From an uncultured Lentimicrobiaceae bacterium (GTDB lineage: Bacteria > Bacteroidota > Bacteroidia > Bacteroidales > JAGONC01), in assembly GCA_964628285.1 (NCBI GenBank), contig CAZVNP010000012.1, positions 726 to 64,725 on the forward strand: a stretch of DNA of 64,000 nt. The letters run 5' to 3'. This document shows, one piece after another, positions 9,345 through 19,175 of the stretch (within the stretch, counting starts at the first letter, position 1; every line of letters starts with the position of its first letter). Made by a program: the position numbers and the translations under genes. Under the pieces are notes generated by a model that saw only the letters and a list, made by a program, of their open reading frames with translations, did not search any database and was not told where the DNA came from.

Positions 9345-11255
9345 TTACTTCATGATCTCGACACTTCTTTTAATGAAGTTGGTCAGATCTTCTCCTTTAA
9401 GCAGGTTTTGCGATAACAAAGCCAGGTCTGAGAGTTGTTTCACCAGTGCACCCTGCTGCGGTTCATCTTCCGCAGCCAGCACCTTGCCGATCAGCGGATG
9501 ATTGATGTTGACGACCATGTTATAGGTTTCCTGGATGTCGGTCATAAAAGGTATGCCGCCGCCTAAACGTGACATGTCTTTCATCCTGCGCAGGAACTCG
9601 GGTTGGGTGATCATGACCGGGGGATCGCTTTCACTCAGGCTCTCAGTCAGGATATGAAATTTGTCCTTGTCGATGTATTTTTCGAAAATCTCCCTGAGCT
9701 GTTCTTTTTCTTTATCGGAAAGTTTGGAAGGCTGAACATCTTCCTTATCGATCAGTTTATCGAGAATATCGGCATCCACGCGCGTAAAACGCGAATTCTC
9801 CAGTTTAACCTCAAAGGTGTTGATGAAATGATTGTCGAGAGTGCCATCCATCACCAGCACATCGTATCCCCGTTCCCGGGCATTTTGAATATAACTGTGC
9901 TGCTCCAGCGGATCGGTGGCATAAAGCCATATGAGCTTTTTGTTTTTATCGGTCTGAGCCCCTTTGATGTGCTCCCGGTATTCATCCGGGGTGAAATATT
10001 TGCCTTCCGTATTCTTCACGAGCGTAAACTTCTGTCCTCTTTCATAAAACTTCTCATCGGAGATCATCCCATAAGAGATGAATAATTTTATGTCTTCCCA
10101 TTTCTTCTCATATTCCTCCCTGTTATTCTTGAAGATCTCCTCAAGCCGGTCGGCCACTTTTTTTGTGATGTGATTGGATATCTTTTTCACGTTGGCGTCA
10201 CTCTGAAGATAGCTTCTCGACACATTCAACGGAATATCGGGTGAATCGATCACGCCGTGCAGGAGCATAAGAAAGTCGGGCACGATACCTTCCACCGAGT
10301 CGGTCACAAATACCTGGTTGCAGTAAAGCTGTATTCTGTCCTTACGGACATCCAGGTAGTTCTTGACTTTGGGAAAATAAAGTATGCCGGTCAGATTGAA
10401 CGGATAATCAACATTCAGATGGATATTGAACAAAGGATCATCGAAGAAGTAGGGGTACAGCTCGTGATAGAATGATACGTAATCTTCCTCTTTCAGCTCT
10501 GTGGGTTTACGCTTCCATAGTGGATTGGTGTTGTTGATGATCCGTGGTTTCTCGACTTCAACGGTTTTTTCATGACCCTCCTTGTCTTTCTCACCCGGCA
10601 CTTTCTCGAACACTTTTTCAGTTCCGAATTGTATGGGCACGGGCAGAAAGCGGCAATATTTTTTTAAAATGTCAAGCAAACGGTACTCATCCAGAAACTC
10701 TTTCGAATCATCCGCCACCTGGACGATGACCTCGGTACCGCGTTCCTTTTTTTCTATGTCGCTGATGGTATAATCGGGGCTGCCGTCACATTCCCATTTC
10801 ACCCCCTTGGTTGAGCTCCCTCTTCTGTAGCTTTTGGTCAGTATTTCAACTTTTTTAGCCACCATAAACGTTGAATAGAATCCCAGTCCGAAGTGACCAA
10901 TTAGTGATTTTGCCTCCTCTTCGCTCTTATCTTTGAATTTTTTAAGAAATTCACCGGCGCTGGAGAAGGCGATCTGATTGATGTATTTATCAATTTCTTC
11001 CGCCGTCATGCCGATGCCTTTATCCGTAACATGGATGGTTTTATTTTTCTTGTCGAGTGTGACCATGATGGTCAGGTCGCCCAGCTCATCTTTATATTTA
11101 CCCAAGGAAACCAGGGTTTTAAGCTTGGATGTGGCATCTACCGCGTTGGAGATCAGCTCTCTCAGAAAGATTTCATGGTCGGAATAAAGAAACTTCTTGA
11201 TGATAGGGAAGATGTTTTCGGTTTTAACATCTATTTTACCTTGCTGAACAGTCAT
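9345..11255 (-). CDS. htpG: Molecular chaperone HtpG (Hsp90 family)
   Basis: The protein contains ENIFPIIKKFLYSDHEIFLRELISNAVDA, the GHKL ATPase N-box, and GQFGLGFYS-like HFGLGFYSTFMV. The ORF extends to 11294, but the homolog-like N-terminus MTVQQGKIDV starts at 11255. Confidence 0.95.
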   Translation of the reverse strand: MTVQQGKIDVKTENIFPIIKKFLYSDHEIFLRELISNAVDATSKLKTLVSLGKYKDELGDLTIMVTLDKKNKTIHVTDKGIGMTAEEIDKYINQIAFSSAGEFLKKFKDKSEEEAKSLIGHFGLGFYSTFMVAKKVEILTKSYRRGSSTKGVKWECDGSPDYTISDIEKKERGTEVIVQVADDSKEFLDEYRLLDILKKYCRFLPVPIQFGTEKVFEKVPGEKDKEGHEKTVEVEKPRIINNTNPLWKRKPTELKEEDYVSFYHELYPYFFDDPLFNIHLNVDYPFNLTGILYFPKVKNYLDVRKDRIQLYCNQVFVTDSVEGIVPDFLMLLHGVIDSPDIPLNVSRSYLQSDANVKKISNHITKKVADRLEEIFKNNREEYEKKWEDIKLFISYGMISDEKFYERGQKFTLVKNTEGKYFTPDEYREHIKGAQTDKNKKLIWLYATDPLEQHSYIQNARERGYDVLVMDGTLDNHFINTFEVKLENSRFTRVDADILDKLIDKEDVQPSKLSDKEKEQLREIFEKYIDKDKFHILTESLSESDPPVMITQPEFLRRMKDMSRLGGGIPFMTDIQETYNMVVNINHPLIGKVLAAEDEPQQGALVKQLSDLALLSQNLLKGEDLTNFIKRSVEIMK

Positions 11256-11332
11256 GGGTTTTATTTTTATCAGATTAACGGCGGCGTTTTGCAAAGGCTA
11301 TGCCAGAAGGGTTTGGGTGACAAAATGTCGGG

Positions 11333-11797
11333 CTACGGCAGCCATTTCAATCTCAAGAGGGCCCAATAACCGATAAGTATGGCTTCGGCGCAATCATCGT
11401 TCAGTGAAGTCGCTTTTTTATCACCGTACCTGTCAATAATTTCACCGGCCAGAGCGACAGCATGTTGTTTGGCGGTCCACCCATGGCGTCTGTCCTTAAG
11501 ATCGAAAAGATCGTTGCGCCATTCCTCAGCATAGGTCTGAATAACAGGTATGTGTCTTCTGGAGGCTTCTTTCGTCCATAAGGCCCCGATTTCTCCGCCT
11601 CCTTCTATCGCCAGACAGGAGAGACCGGGCAGGTCATTGATTAATTTGGCGGCATCCTGTTTCAGCCGTTGTTTGTTGCCATAATTGTGCGACCGGTACC
11701 ATAACAATCTGACCTCATCGCTGTAAAGTGCCAGGCCGGTTTTGACACCTACATCGACAGATAGCAGGAGTTTAATGTGTTGTTGTATGCCTTGCAT
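11333..11797 (-). CDS. Small hypothetical protein with RNase H-fold (RuvC/YqgF-like) acidic motif spacing
   Basis: 154-aa ORF with LLSVDVGVKTG (D15), LAIEGGG (E65) and SLNDDCAEAILIGYW (D134/D135/E138). The coding call is fairly secure. The nuclease-fold call is inference only. Confidence 0.6.
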   Translation of the reverse strand: MQGIQQHIKLLLSVDVGVKTGLALYSDEVRLLWYRSHNYGNKQRLKQDAAKLINDLPGLSCLAIEGGGEIGALWTKEASRRHIPVIQTYAEEWRNDLFDLKDRRHGWTAKQHAVALAGEIIDRYGDKKATSLNDDCAEAILIGYWALLRLKWLP

Positions 11798-11847
11798 GTG
11801 ACAGGTTAAAAATATTATGACAGGCGGCCAAAATAATATAAATTTTT

Positions 11848-11855
11848 TAATTTTG
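11848..11855 (+). promoter_or_regulatory. Putative -7 promoter box (TAnnTTTG)
   Basis: TAATTTTG, 44 nt upstream of the ilvE ATG at 11900. Confidence 0.35.
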
Positions 11856-11899
11856 TAGGGACACCATAAATAAAATTAACCATATAAAAATATCAACCT

Positions 11900-12925
11900 A
11901 TGGATATCGATTGGAGAAGCCTGCCATTTGGGTATTTCAAGACGGATTACAATGTTCGCTGCTACTACCGTAATGGAGCGTGGGGAATATTGGAGACTTC
12001 ATCATCCGAATTTATCAATATGCACATTGCAGCAACCTGTCTGCATTATGGCCAGGAGGCCTTTGAAGGCATGAAGGTTTTCAGGGGTAAGGACGGGAAG
12101 CTGCGTCTTTTCAGGTGGGAAGAGAATGCCAAACGCATTCAGCGCTCCGGTGATGGCATTATGATGCCTCATGTCCCACTGGATATTTTCAAAGAGGCTA
12201 TCACCAGGGTTACCCTTTTGAACAAAAAATATATCCCTCCTTACGGCACCGGGGCGGCCTTATATCTCCGGCCTCTGTTATTGGGTACGGGTGCCGAGGT
12301 GGGTGTGAAACCTGCCAGGGAATATCTTTTTATGGTGTTTGCCGGTCCTGTTGGTCCTTATTTCAAAGAGGGTTTCAAACCTGTCAGCGTGCAGCTGGTG
12401 CATGACTATGACCGCGCGGCTCCCCTGGGTACCGGCCATATCAAGGTCGGAGGAAATTATGCCGCCAGCCTTAAACCGGCTGAGAGGGCTCGCAGTGAAG
12501 GCTATTCATCCGTGTTATTCCTCGATTCAAAAGAAAAGAAATACATCGATGAAGCCGGCCCGGCCAATTTCTTTGGCATCAAGAACAACACCTATGTGAC
12601 TCCCGATTCAACGACCATCCTGCCTTCAATCATCAACATGAGCCTGCGCCAGCTGGCTGCCGATATGGGCTTTAAGGTCGAACGGCGTCATGTTCCCATC
12701 GAGGAACTGGAAGAGTTTGATGAAGTGGGGGCTTGCGGCACCGCCGCCGTCATATCGCCTATTGGTAAAATTTACGACAGGGAAACAGGCAAGGTTTACG
12801 AATATTGTAAGGATGGCAAAGCAGGCCGTATCTCCCAGATACTTTATGATAAGTTATTCGCCATACAATATGGTGAAGCACCGGATCCCTACGGATGGAC
12901 AACGGTGATTGACGAAGAAGAGTGA
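11900..12925 (+). CDS. ilvE: Branched-chain amino acid aminotransferase
   Basis: 341 aa with class IV aminotransferase motifs: HYGQEAFEGMKVFRGKDGKLRLFR, the catalytic-lysine context GTGHIKVGGNYAAS, and GACGTAAVISPIG. Confidence 0.9.
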   Translation: MDIDWRSLPFGYFKTDYNVRCYYRNGAWGILETSSSEFINMHIAATCLHYGQEAFEGMKVFRGKDGKLRLFRWEENAKRIQRSGDGIMMPHVPLDIFKEAITRVTLLNKKYIPPYGTGAALYLRPLLLGTGAEVGVKPAREYLFMVFAGPVGPYFKEGFKPVSVQLVHDYDRAAPLGTGHIKVGGNYAASLKPAERARSEGYSSVLFLDSKEKKYIDEAGPANFFGIKNNTYVTPDSTTILPSIINMSLRQLAADMGFKVERRHVPIEELEEFDEVGACGTAAVISPIGKIYDRETGKVYEYCKDGKAGRISQILYDKLFAIQYGEAPDPYGWTTVIDEEE

Positions 12926-13756
12926 TCAGATAAAATGCCGCTCACTCATTGTTTGCGACATTTCCTTTTTCAGTTCCAGTGCCTGATGCCGGGCCTTTTC
13001 GGCAAAATCTTTTCCTGAGGAGGCAAAGATGATGTTCCGTGATGAGTTGACTATCAGTCCGCAATTTTCGTTAAATCCATAACGCACCACCTCTTCCAGG
13101 TTGCCTCCCTGGGCACCTATTCCCGGCACCAGCAGAAAATGCTCGGGAATAATTTCACGGATATTTGACAGCATCTCGCTCTTTGTTGCGCCGACCACAT
13201 ACATCATATTCTCATTGCTGCCCCATTGTCTTGATCTGAAGAGCACTTCTTCAAATATCTTCTGGTTGGAAGTGGTCTCGAGCATCTGAAAATCTGAGGC
13301 TCCCTTATTGGAAGTCAGAACGAGAAGAATAACCCATTTGTTTTTGTAAGAAAGAAAGGGACTGACGGAATCTTCACCCATATATGGGGTGACCGTCACG
13401 GCGTCGAAATCGAGGGTCTCGAAAAAGGCTCTGGCATATTGCGAAGCCGTATTCCCAATGTCGCCCCGCTTGGCATCGGCAATGATATATATGTTCTTGT
13501 CACGTGAACGGATATGCCTGAGTGTTTTTTCAAGGCTTTTCCAGCCATCTGCCCCCAGGGACTCATAAAAGGCCATGTTGGGCTTGTAGGCAATAACCAG
13601 GTCGTATGTGGCATCAATGATCATCCTGTTAAAGGTAAAAATGGGATCGTCCTCGCTCATCAAGTGCTTCGGCAGCTTATTGTATTCCGTATCGAGGCCT
13701 ATGCACAGGAATGAACCTTTGGATTTGACCTGTTCAACAATGTCGTTATAAGTCAT
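12926..13756 (-). CDS. pyrF: Orotidine-5'-phosphate decarboxylase (type 2)
   Basis: 276 aa with LCIGLDTE, IIADAKRGDIGNTA and LLVPGIGAQGG, which are type-2 PyrF signatures. Confidence 0.9.
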   Translation of the reverse strand: MTYNDIVEQVKSKGSFLCIGLDTEYNKLPKHLMSEDDPIFTFNRMIIDATYDLVIAYKPNMAFYESLGADGWKSLEKTLRHIRSRDKNIYIIADAKRGDIGNTASQYARAFFETLDFDAVTVTPYMGEDSVSPFLSYKNKWVILLVLTSNKGASDFQMLETTSNQKIFEEVLFRSRQWGSNENMMYVVGATKSEMLSNIREIIPEHFLLVPGIGAQGGNLEEVVRYGFNENCGLIVNSSRNIIFASSGKDFAEKARHQALELKKEMSQTMSERHFI

Positions 13757-13768
13757 AATGCATCATTT

Positions 13769-14845
13769 TTATTCAGTTTTGATAGTCTCTTTGAGCCGTT
13801 CGGCATTTTCTGCCATCTGGAGGCTATCGATCAATTCCTGTATGTCGCCATTCATTATGGAATGTAAGTTATACAACGTGAGGTTAATGCGGTGGTCGGT
13901 CACGCGGCCTTGCGGATAATTGTATGTTCTGATTTTAGCGGAGCGGTCGCCTGTGGAGACGAGGGTTTTCCGGTGTGATGCAATGTCGGCCATGTATTTC
14001 TGGTAATGAAACTCGTAAATCCGGGTTCTCAGGACGCTCATGGCCCTCTCGAAGTTCTTAATCTGGGATTTCTGATCCTGGCATGTCACCACGATACCTG
14101 TGGGGATATGGGTCAGACGGACGGCCGAGTATGTGGTGTTGACCGACTGTCCTCCAGGTCCTGAGGAACAATAGGTATCCTTGCGTATGTCTTCAGGATT
14201 GATGTCCACGTCCAATTCTTCAGCCTCGGGTAATACGGCCACGGTGGCGGCCGAAGTATGTATCCGGCCCTGTGTCTCGGTTTGCGGGACACGCTGGACA
14301 CGGTGAACACCGGATTCATACTTCAACTGCCCGTATACATTCTCACCCTTCACTTTGAAAATGATTTCCTTGAAACCTCCGACAGTCCCCTCGGTGGAAT
14401 CGATGTATTCGGTCTTCCAGTTTCTGTTCTCGCAGTATTTCACATACATCCTGTAAAGATCGCCCGCGAAAATGCTGGCCTCATCACCACCGGTGCCGGC
14501 ACGTATCTCGACGATGGCATTTTTAGCATCCTGCGGATCTTTGGGGACGAGCAGCAGTTTGATCTTATCTTCCAGTTCTTCTTTCTGCCTGTTTAAATCA
14601 AGGAGCTCTTCCTTGGCGAATATCCGGAAATCCTCGTCTTTTTCCTGGTACATGACATTGCGGGCCGACTGGATGTGGTTCAGGATGTTACGATAGGCCA
14701 CATAGGCTTCCGCTATCGGACGCAAATCCTTATAATCCTTGCTGAGTTTAATGTATTTCTTCATATCGGCCATGGCTTCCGGCGCATTCATTTTCTCCCC
14801 GATCTGAAGCCAATGTTTATATATTTCTTCCAGCTTTTCTAGCAT
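13769..14845 (-). CDS. prfA: Peptide chain release factor 1
   Basis: 358 aa with the GGQ motif ([12 protein letters not shown]), an RF1-type tripeptide region ([18 protein letters not shown]), and the C-terminal [11 protein letters not shown]. Confidence 0.95.
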   Translation of the reverse strand: MLEKLEEIYKHWLQIGEKMNAPEAMADMKKYIKLSKDYKDLRPIAEAYVAYRNILNHIQSARNVMYQEKDEDFRIFAKEELLDLNRQKEELEDKIKLLLVPKDPQDAKNAIVEIRAGTGGDEASIFAGDLYRMYVKYCENRNWKTEYIDSTEGTVGGFKEIIFKVKGENVYGQLKYESGVHRVQRVPQTETQGRIHTSAATVAVLPEAEELDVDINPEDIRKDTYCSSGPGGQSVNTTYSAVRLTHIPTGIVVTCQDQKSQIKNFERAMSVLRTRIYEFHYQKYMADIASHRKTLVSTGDRSAKIRTYNYPQGRVTDHRINLTLYNLHSIMNGDIQELIDSLQMAENAERLKETIKTE

Positions 14846-14873
14846 AACACACTACACTTGAAATCGATCGCTG

Positions 14874-14881
14874 CAAAGTTA
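14874..14881 (-). promoter_or_regulatory. Putative -7 promoter box (TAnnTTTG)
   Basis: TAACTTTG on the minus strand, 28 nt upstream of the prfA ATG at 14845. Confidence 0.35.
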
Positions 14882-14964
14882 CGAGAAATAAAGTTATGAA
14901 TAGGAGTTATCCATGAGCACGCTCTAATTTTAAAGTGATTTTAAAAGCCGGAAAAGGAAAGGGG

Positions 14965-16134
14965 CTAATACTCAAAAACGCCATACCCGGTTTTGATCGT
15001 CAGCTTTTTAGTGTCGGAGGCTTCGCAATGGCCAATGACACGGGCTTCAATGCCATATGCGCCTGATATGCGGGCTATTTCTTCAGATATCTCCTCGGTG
15101 GCATAAATCTCCATACGGTGTCCCATATTGAAAACCTGGTACATCTCTTTCCATGGAGTGCCGGATTGTTCCTGTATCATGAGAAAAACAGGTGGGGGTG
15201 CGAACAGGCTATCTTTAACAACATGAAGGTTCTTGATGAAATTAAGCACCTTTGTCTGCGCTCCTCCCGTGCAATGCACCAGTCCATGAATGTGAGGTCT
15301 CAGTTTTTTGATTATGTCACGTATTGCAGGGGCGTATGTTCGGGTAGGTGATAACATGAGTTGGCCGACATCCATACCGGGTATGGTGGTGGCGGACCGG
15401 AGGTGCAGGGTGCCGCTGTATACCAGTTCGGTAGGGATGGAATCGTCATAGCTCTCGGGATAGGTGACCCCATAATCACCCGACAGCATATCATGGCGTG
15501 CTGACGTGAGGCCGTTGCTGCCGATGCCGCTGTTATAATTTTCTTCATAAGAAGCTTTTCCGGACGATGCCAGACCGATGATGACATCACCGGCGGCGAT
15601 GTTATCATTGGTGATGACTTCTGCCCTTTTCATCCTGGCGGTTACCGTTGAGTCGACGATGATGGTGCGCACCAGGTCGCCGACATCGGCTGTTTCTCCC
15701 CCTGTTGACCATATGCCGATGCCCATGGTCCGCAGCCGTAAGAGATAGTCCTCCACACCGTGAATGATGGTTGCCACCACCTCACCAGGTATCTTCATTC
15801 TGTTCCGGCCGATGGTTGTCGAGAGCAGGATGTTGTCATAGCATCCTGTGCAGAGCAGGTCGTCGAGGTTCATGACCACGGCATCCTGTGCGATGCCTTT
15901 CCACACCGACATGTCGCCTGTTTCCTTCCAGTAGATATAAGCCAGGGATGATTTCGTGCCGGCACCGTCTGCGTGCATGATATTGCACCACCGGGGATCA
16001 CCGCCTAATATATCGGGCACCACTTTGCAAAAAGCCCCCGGGAACAGCCCTTTATCGAGTTCACGGATGGCATGGTGGACGTCGTCTTTCGACGCCGACA
16101 CACCCCTTTTGTCGTATTTCAAGGCATCTGACAT
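14965..16134 (-). CDS. purM: Phosphoribosylformylglycinamidine cyclo-ligase (AIR synthase)
   Basis: AIR-synthase family motifs are present: YDKRGVSASKDDVHHAI, HADGAGTKS and DDLLCTG. The ORF extends to 16167, but the homolog-like N-terminus MSDALKYDKRGVSA starts at 16134. Confidence 0.85.
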   Translation of the reverse strand: MSDALKYDKRGVSASKDDVHHAIRELDKGLFPGAFCKVVPDILGGDPRWCNIMHADGAGTKSSLAYIYWKETGDMSVWKGIAQDAVVMNLDDLLCTGCYDNILLSTTIGRNRMKIPGEVVATIIHGVEDYLLRLRTMGIGIWSTGGETADVGDLVRTIIVDSTVTARMKRAEVITNDNIAAGDVIIGLASSGKASYEENYNSGIGSNGLTSARHDMLSGDYGVTYPESYDDSIPTELVYSGTLHLRSATTIPGMDVGQLMLSPTRTYAPAIRDIIKKLRPHIHGLVHCTGGAQTKVLNFIKNLHVVKDSLFAPPPVFLMIQEQSGTPWKEMYQVFNMGHRMEIYATEEISEEIARISGAYGIEARVIGHCEASDTKKLTIKTGYGVFEY

Positions 16135-16176
16135 TTCTGGCCGGAAAATCCCGGTATATACTGGCAAATGGATAGA

Positions 16177-18633
16177 TTATTCAAAAATAAGCTCCGACTT
16201 GTCCTTGTCGAGCCTGAATTTGCCGAAGGCCCTGAGCACACTCTCTCCCATCATGGCCGGAACGGTGAGGTTATGCATGACGGTAGCCGTCACGTCGTTA
16301 ATTGTTTTGTTGCCGATCCTCATCTCCTTAACATAGAAGACAGCTCTGTCAACAATGCTTCCTTCGGATAATATTTTATTCACATCGCCCTCAAAATCAT
16401 TTTTGGTGATGGCACCGTCTTTCAGCATTTTCATCGCGAAATCCAATGACACGTTTAATCCTCTTTCACTGGCAATATAAGTGACATCGGTTGAATTGCC
16501 GTTAATGATTGAAGGGATGATGATGGCTTCACCGGTACCCTGCTGGTATTTAACGATATCTTCGGCAGGATTGACCACCACATCCACTTTAGCCGTGGGT
16601 TGTATTTCTTCTATCGTGGGCTTGGGAACGAAATCATTCCGTAAAACACGGAATTCCGTCCGTCTGTTAAGCTGATGTGCAGCTTCACGTTCGTCTACGG
16701 TGGGCAGGGAATCGATATATGAAACTGTGAGGTGGGTCCCCGCTTTGAAAGTATAGCCGTTGACGGTGATGTCTTTCTTCAGCAGACGCGGGACACGTTC
16801 GCCGTACCCTTTAGCCACCAGACGGTCGGGATCGATGCCACGGTCAATGAGGTAGTTGACGACCGATTCGGCTCTTTTCTGCGACAGGATGTCATTTCTT
16901 TCCTCGGTGTCACGGGCATCGGTATGTGATGCCAGCTCGATGACAATGGTGGGATTCAGATCCAGCGTCTTGATCAGCCCCTGCAACGAATCCTGATATT
17001 GTGGCTTGAGATCCCATTTGGCGAGATCATAACGTATTTCGGGAAGGATGACGGGCTCGCTGGGTATGGGTTGCAGCATGAAATCCTGAATGAAATCCTT
17101 GCTGCTTTCCTGACCTACCGTGGTTATTTTGGCCCCCGTATTAAAATAGTTTTCTTTCGAGGCAACCAGGTCATAAGTTGTGTTTTCATTGATCTGGCTT
17201 TCACTGAAACTGTAGAAACCCTTGGGGTCGGTCTTGGCTTCCACCGAGCTGCCGTCGGTGCCCACCAACCGTAATTTGGCTCCTTCGATATAGAGCAGGG
17301 TCAATTCGTCTTTTACCACTCCCGAGAGCTTGAAAATAACCGGCGGCATCTCAAAGGAATAAATGTCATCACCGCCGCGTCCGCCTTTGCGGTTGGAAGT
17401 GAAAAAGCCACTTTCTTCTCCCGGTTTGAAAATGATACCGAAATCATCAGCATTCGAATTGATGGGGGGTTTCATGTTGACGGGTGTCGTCCATTTCCCG
17501 TCCTGGTAAATCGTTTTGAAAATATCGAGCCCCCCCATGCCGGGCAGCCTGTCTGAAGCAAAATACAATGTGGTGTCATCCCTGAGATAAGGAAACATCT
17601 CATCACCGACGGTGTTGATTTTCGGGCCAAGGTTGACAGGACGCCCGAAATCATCGTCGGCTTTATCGCGTGTGGCCATCCACAGATCTTTACCGCCGTA
17701 ACCTCCCTCACGGTCGGATGAAAAGATGATCGTCAGTTCATCCTGGTTCAGAGTGGGATGACCCACCGTGATGGATGTGTCATTGCCCAGGTTGACCCAT
17801 TTGGGCGTCCCAAACGACCGTCCCTTGCTTGTCACCACATAGATCTGGCAACCCCGGTTCTCACCCTGTACGACACTGCAACGGGTGAAGTACATTTTTG
17901 AAAAGTTGTCATTGAAGGTTGAAACACCCTCATTGGCCTTGCTGTTGATCTTTTCTTCCTTGTCAATAAGTACGGGTGTGCTCCATACATTTTTCTTATC
18001 CGTCTTGGAATAGAACAGATCACTGAAATTCTGGCCGGTCCACTCATCCATGTCTTTTCCCGTCGCCCCGTCGCGTGTGGAGGTGAAAATGATCGAGTTG
18101 GAATATTTATCCGTAAAGGAAGGAGCGAAGTCATCGACTTTGGAGTTGATCTTGGTAAGAGGTTCCACTTTGTATTTTGAAGGAATGGTATCCCATTGCA
18201 TGGCCAGTTGACACGATTTGACACCTTCAGGTCCTCTGGGATCGTCAGGAGCATGGTCGGAGTAATTGTTATATTCGGTGATAGCCTCTTCGTAATCGCC
18301 ATTGGCTTTGAGTGCGTCGGCCAGATAAAGATAGGCGAGGGGTTGCTTTCTTTGATATTTCATGCGGATGGCACGCTTATAGGCTGCTTCAGCTCTCCTG
18401 GTATCATCGATGAGCCTGTAACACTCGGCGATCTGATAGGCAATCCTGGCTTTTTCGGCTTTGTCTCTCTTGGTTTTGGAATAAGCTTTTTTATAATGGT
18501 CGATGGCAACATAATAGTGCTGGTCCAGAAACTCCTGGTCGGCGGCCTGGGTTTTTTTCTTCTGGGCCTGCAGTACCGCTGGGGTTAACAAGCATAAGAT
18601 CAATCCGGTTATTATGAACGGGGTTAGTTTCAT
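16177..18633 (-). CDS. OmpA-family peptidoglycan-associated protein with TPR, TolB-like PD40 repeats, CarboxypepD_reg-like domain, OmpA_C domain and an extra ~150-aa C-terminal domain
   Basis: 818 aa with signal peptide MKLTPFIITGLILCLLTPAVLQA. It has repeated F-TS-R-gG-DL/Iy PD40 motifs. The OmpA_C region reads IRYDLAKWDL...ELASHTDARDTEERNDILSQKRAESV...NRRTEFRVL. A 154-aa tail follows. Confidence 0.85.
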   Translation of the reverse strand: MKLTPFIITGLILCLLTPAVLQAQKKKTQAADQEFLDQHYYVAIDHYKKAYSKTKRDKAEKARIAYQIAECYRLIDDTRRAEAAYKRAIRMKYQRKQPLAYLYLADALKANGDYEEAITEYNNYSDHAPDDPRGPEGVKSCQLAMQWDTIPSKYKVEPLTKINSKVDDFAPSFTDKYSNSIIFTSTRDGATGKDMDEWTGQNFSDLFYSKTDKKNVWSTPVLIDKEEKINSKANEGVSTFNDNFSKMYFTRCSVVQGENRGCQIYVVTSKGRSFGTPKWVNLGNDTSITVGHPTLNQDELTIIFSSDREGGYGGKDLWMATRDKADDDFGRPVNLGPKINTVGDEMFPYLRDDTTLYFASDRLPGMGGLDIFKTIYQDGKWTTPVNMKPPINSNADDFGIIFKPGEESGFFTSNRKGGRGGDDIYSFEMPPVIFKLSGVVKDELTLLYIEGAKLRLVGTDGSSVEAKTDPKGFYSFSESQINENTTYDLVASKENYFNTGAKITTVGQESSKDFIQDFMLQPIPSEPVILPEIRYDLAKWDLKPQYQDSLQGLIKTLDLNPTIVIELASHTDARDTEERNDILSQKRAESVVNYLIDRGIDPDRLVAKGYGERVPRLLKKDITVNGYTFKAGTHLTVSYIDSLPTVDEREAAHQLNRRTEFRVLRNDFVPKPTIEEIQPTAKVDVVVNPAEDIVKYQQGTGEAIIIPSIINGNSTDVTYIASERGLNVSLDFAMKMLKDGAITKNDFEGDVNKILSEGSIVDRAVFYVKEMRIGNKTINDVTATVMHNLTVPAMMGESVLRAFGKFRLDKDKSELIFE

Positions 18634-18737
18634 TGTATTGAAGAATCGGATAAATTTAAGGAAAATTGAATTCCAAACAGATGATGCAGTTTTTATCTCA
18701 TAACGTAACCCATTTACATTTTAATATATCCGTGCCA

Positions 18738-19070
18738 TTATTTTACCACATGATTTTCTTTGTGAGTCATGTCAGGTGAGGTGTCGCCGCTGACGGCATG
18801 AGTTTCACCTGTCGCGCTGTCAGCCGGCCCGGTTTCCGTTGTGTTGGTCTTCTGATCACGATCGCCTGCAACGTGTTTAATGGCATCGGCTTCATTTTGT
18901 ATTTCCCGCGTCATGTCATTGGTGGCTTTTCTCAGATCATGAACGGCTTTGCCTATTTTCTTCGCCATTTCAGTCATTTTCCCGGGCCCGAATAAAAGAA
19001 ACGCAACGAGCAGGATCACAAGAAGTTCACCGCCACCGATATCCAGAAACAACAAAAATGAATGACTCAT
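18738..19070 (-). CDS. tatA: Twin-arginine translocase TatA/TatE family subunit
   Basis: GGGELLVILLVAFLLFGPGKMTEMAKKIGKAVHDLRKA matches the TatA TM helix, the FGP-K hinge and the amphipathic helix. The ORF begins with TTG at 19121; the ATG at 19070 (MSHSFLLFLDIGGGE) is the likely start. Confidence 0.8.
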   Translation of the reverse strand: MSHSFLLFLDIGGGELLVILLVAFLLFGPGKMTEMAKKIGKAVHDLRKATNDMTREIQNEADAIKHVAGDRDQKTNTTETGPADSATGETHAVSGDTSPDMTHKENHVVK

Positions 19071-19175
19071 ACCCTGGCATAAAAACGCACCTGCAAAGGT
19101 AACATAAAAAGTCCCGTTCAAATGCTACAGCATGCACCGGCATTAAAACGGGACTCGCCTGATGTTGTTCATTTT

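Noticed and set aside
12923-12928. ilvE and pyrF converge with abutting stop codons that form the palindrome TGATCA.
   Set aside because: The observation is real but probably trivial. It leaves no room for terminators, yet it has no supporting evidence of any regulatory role.
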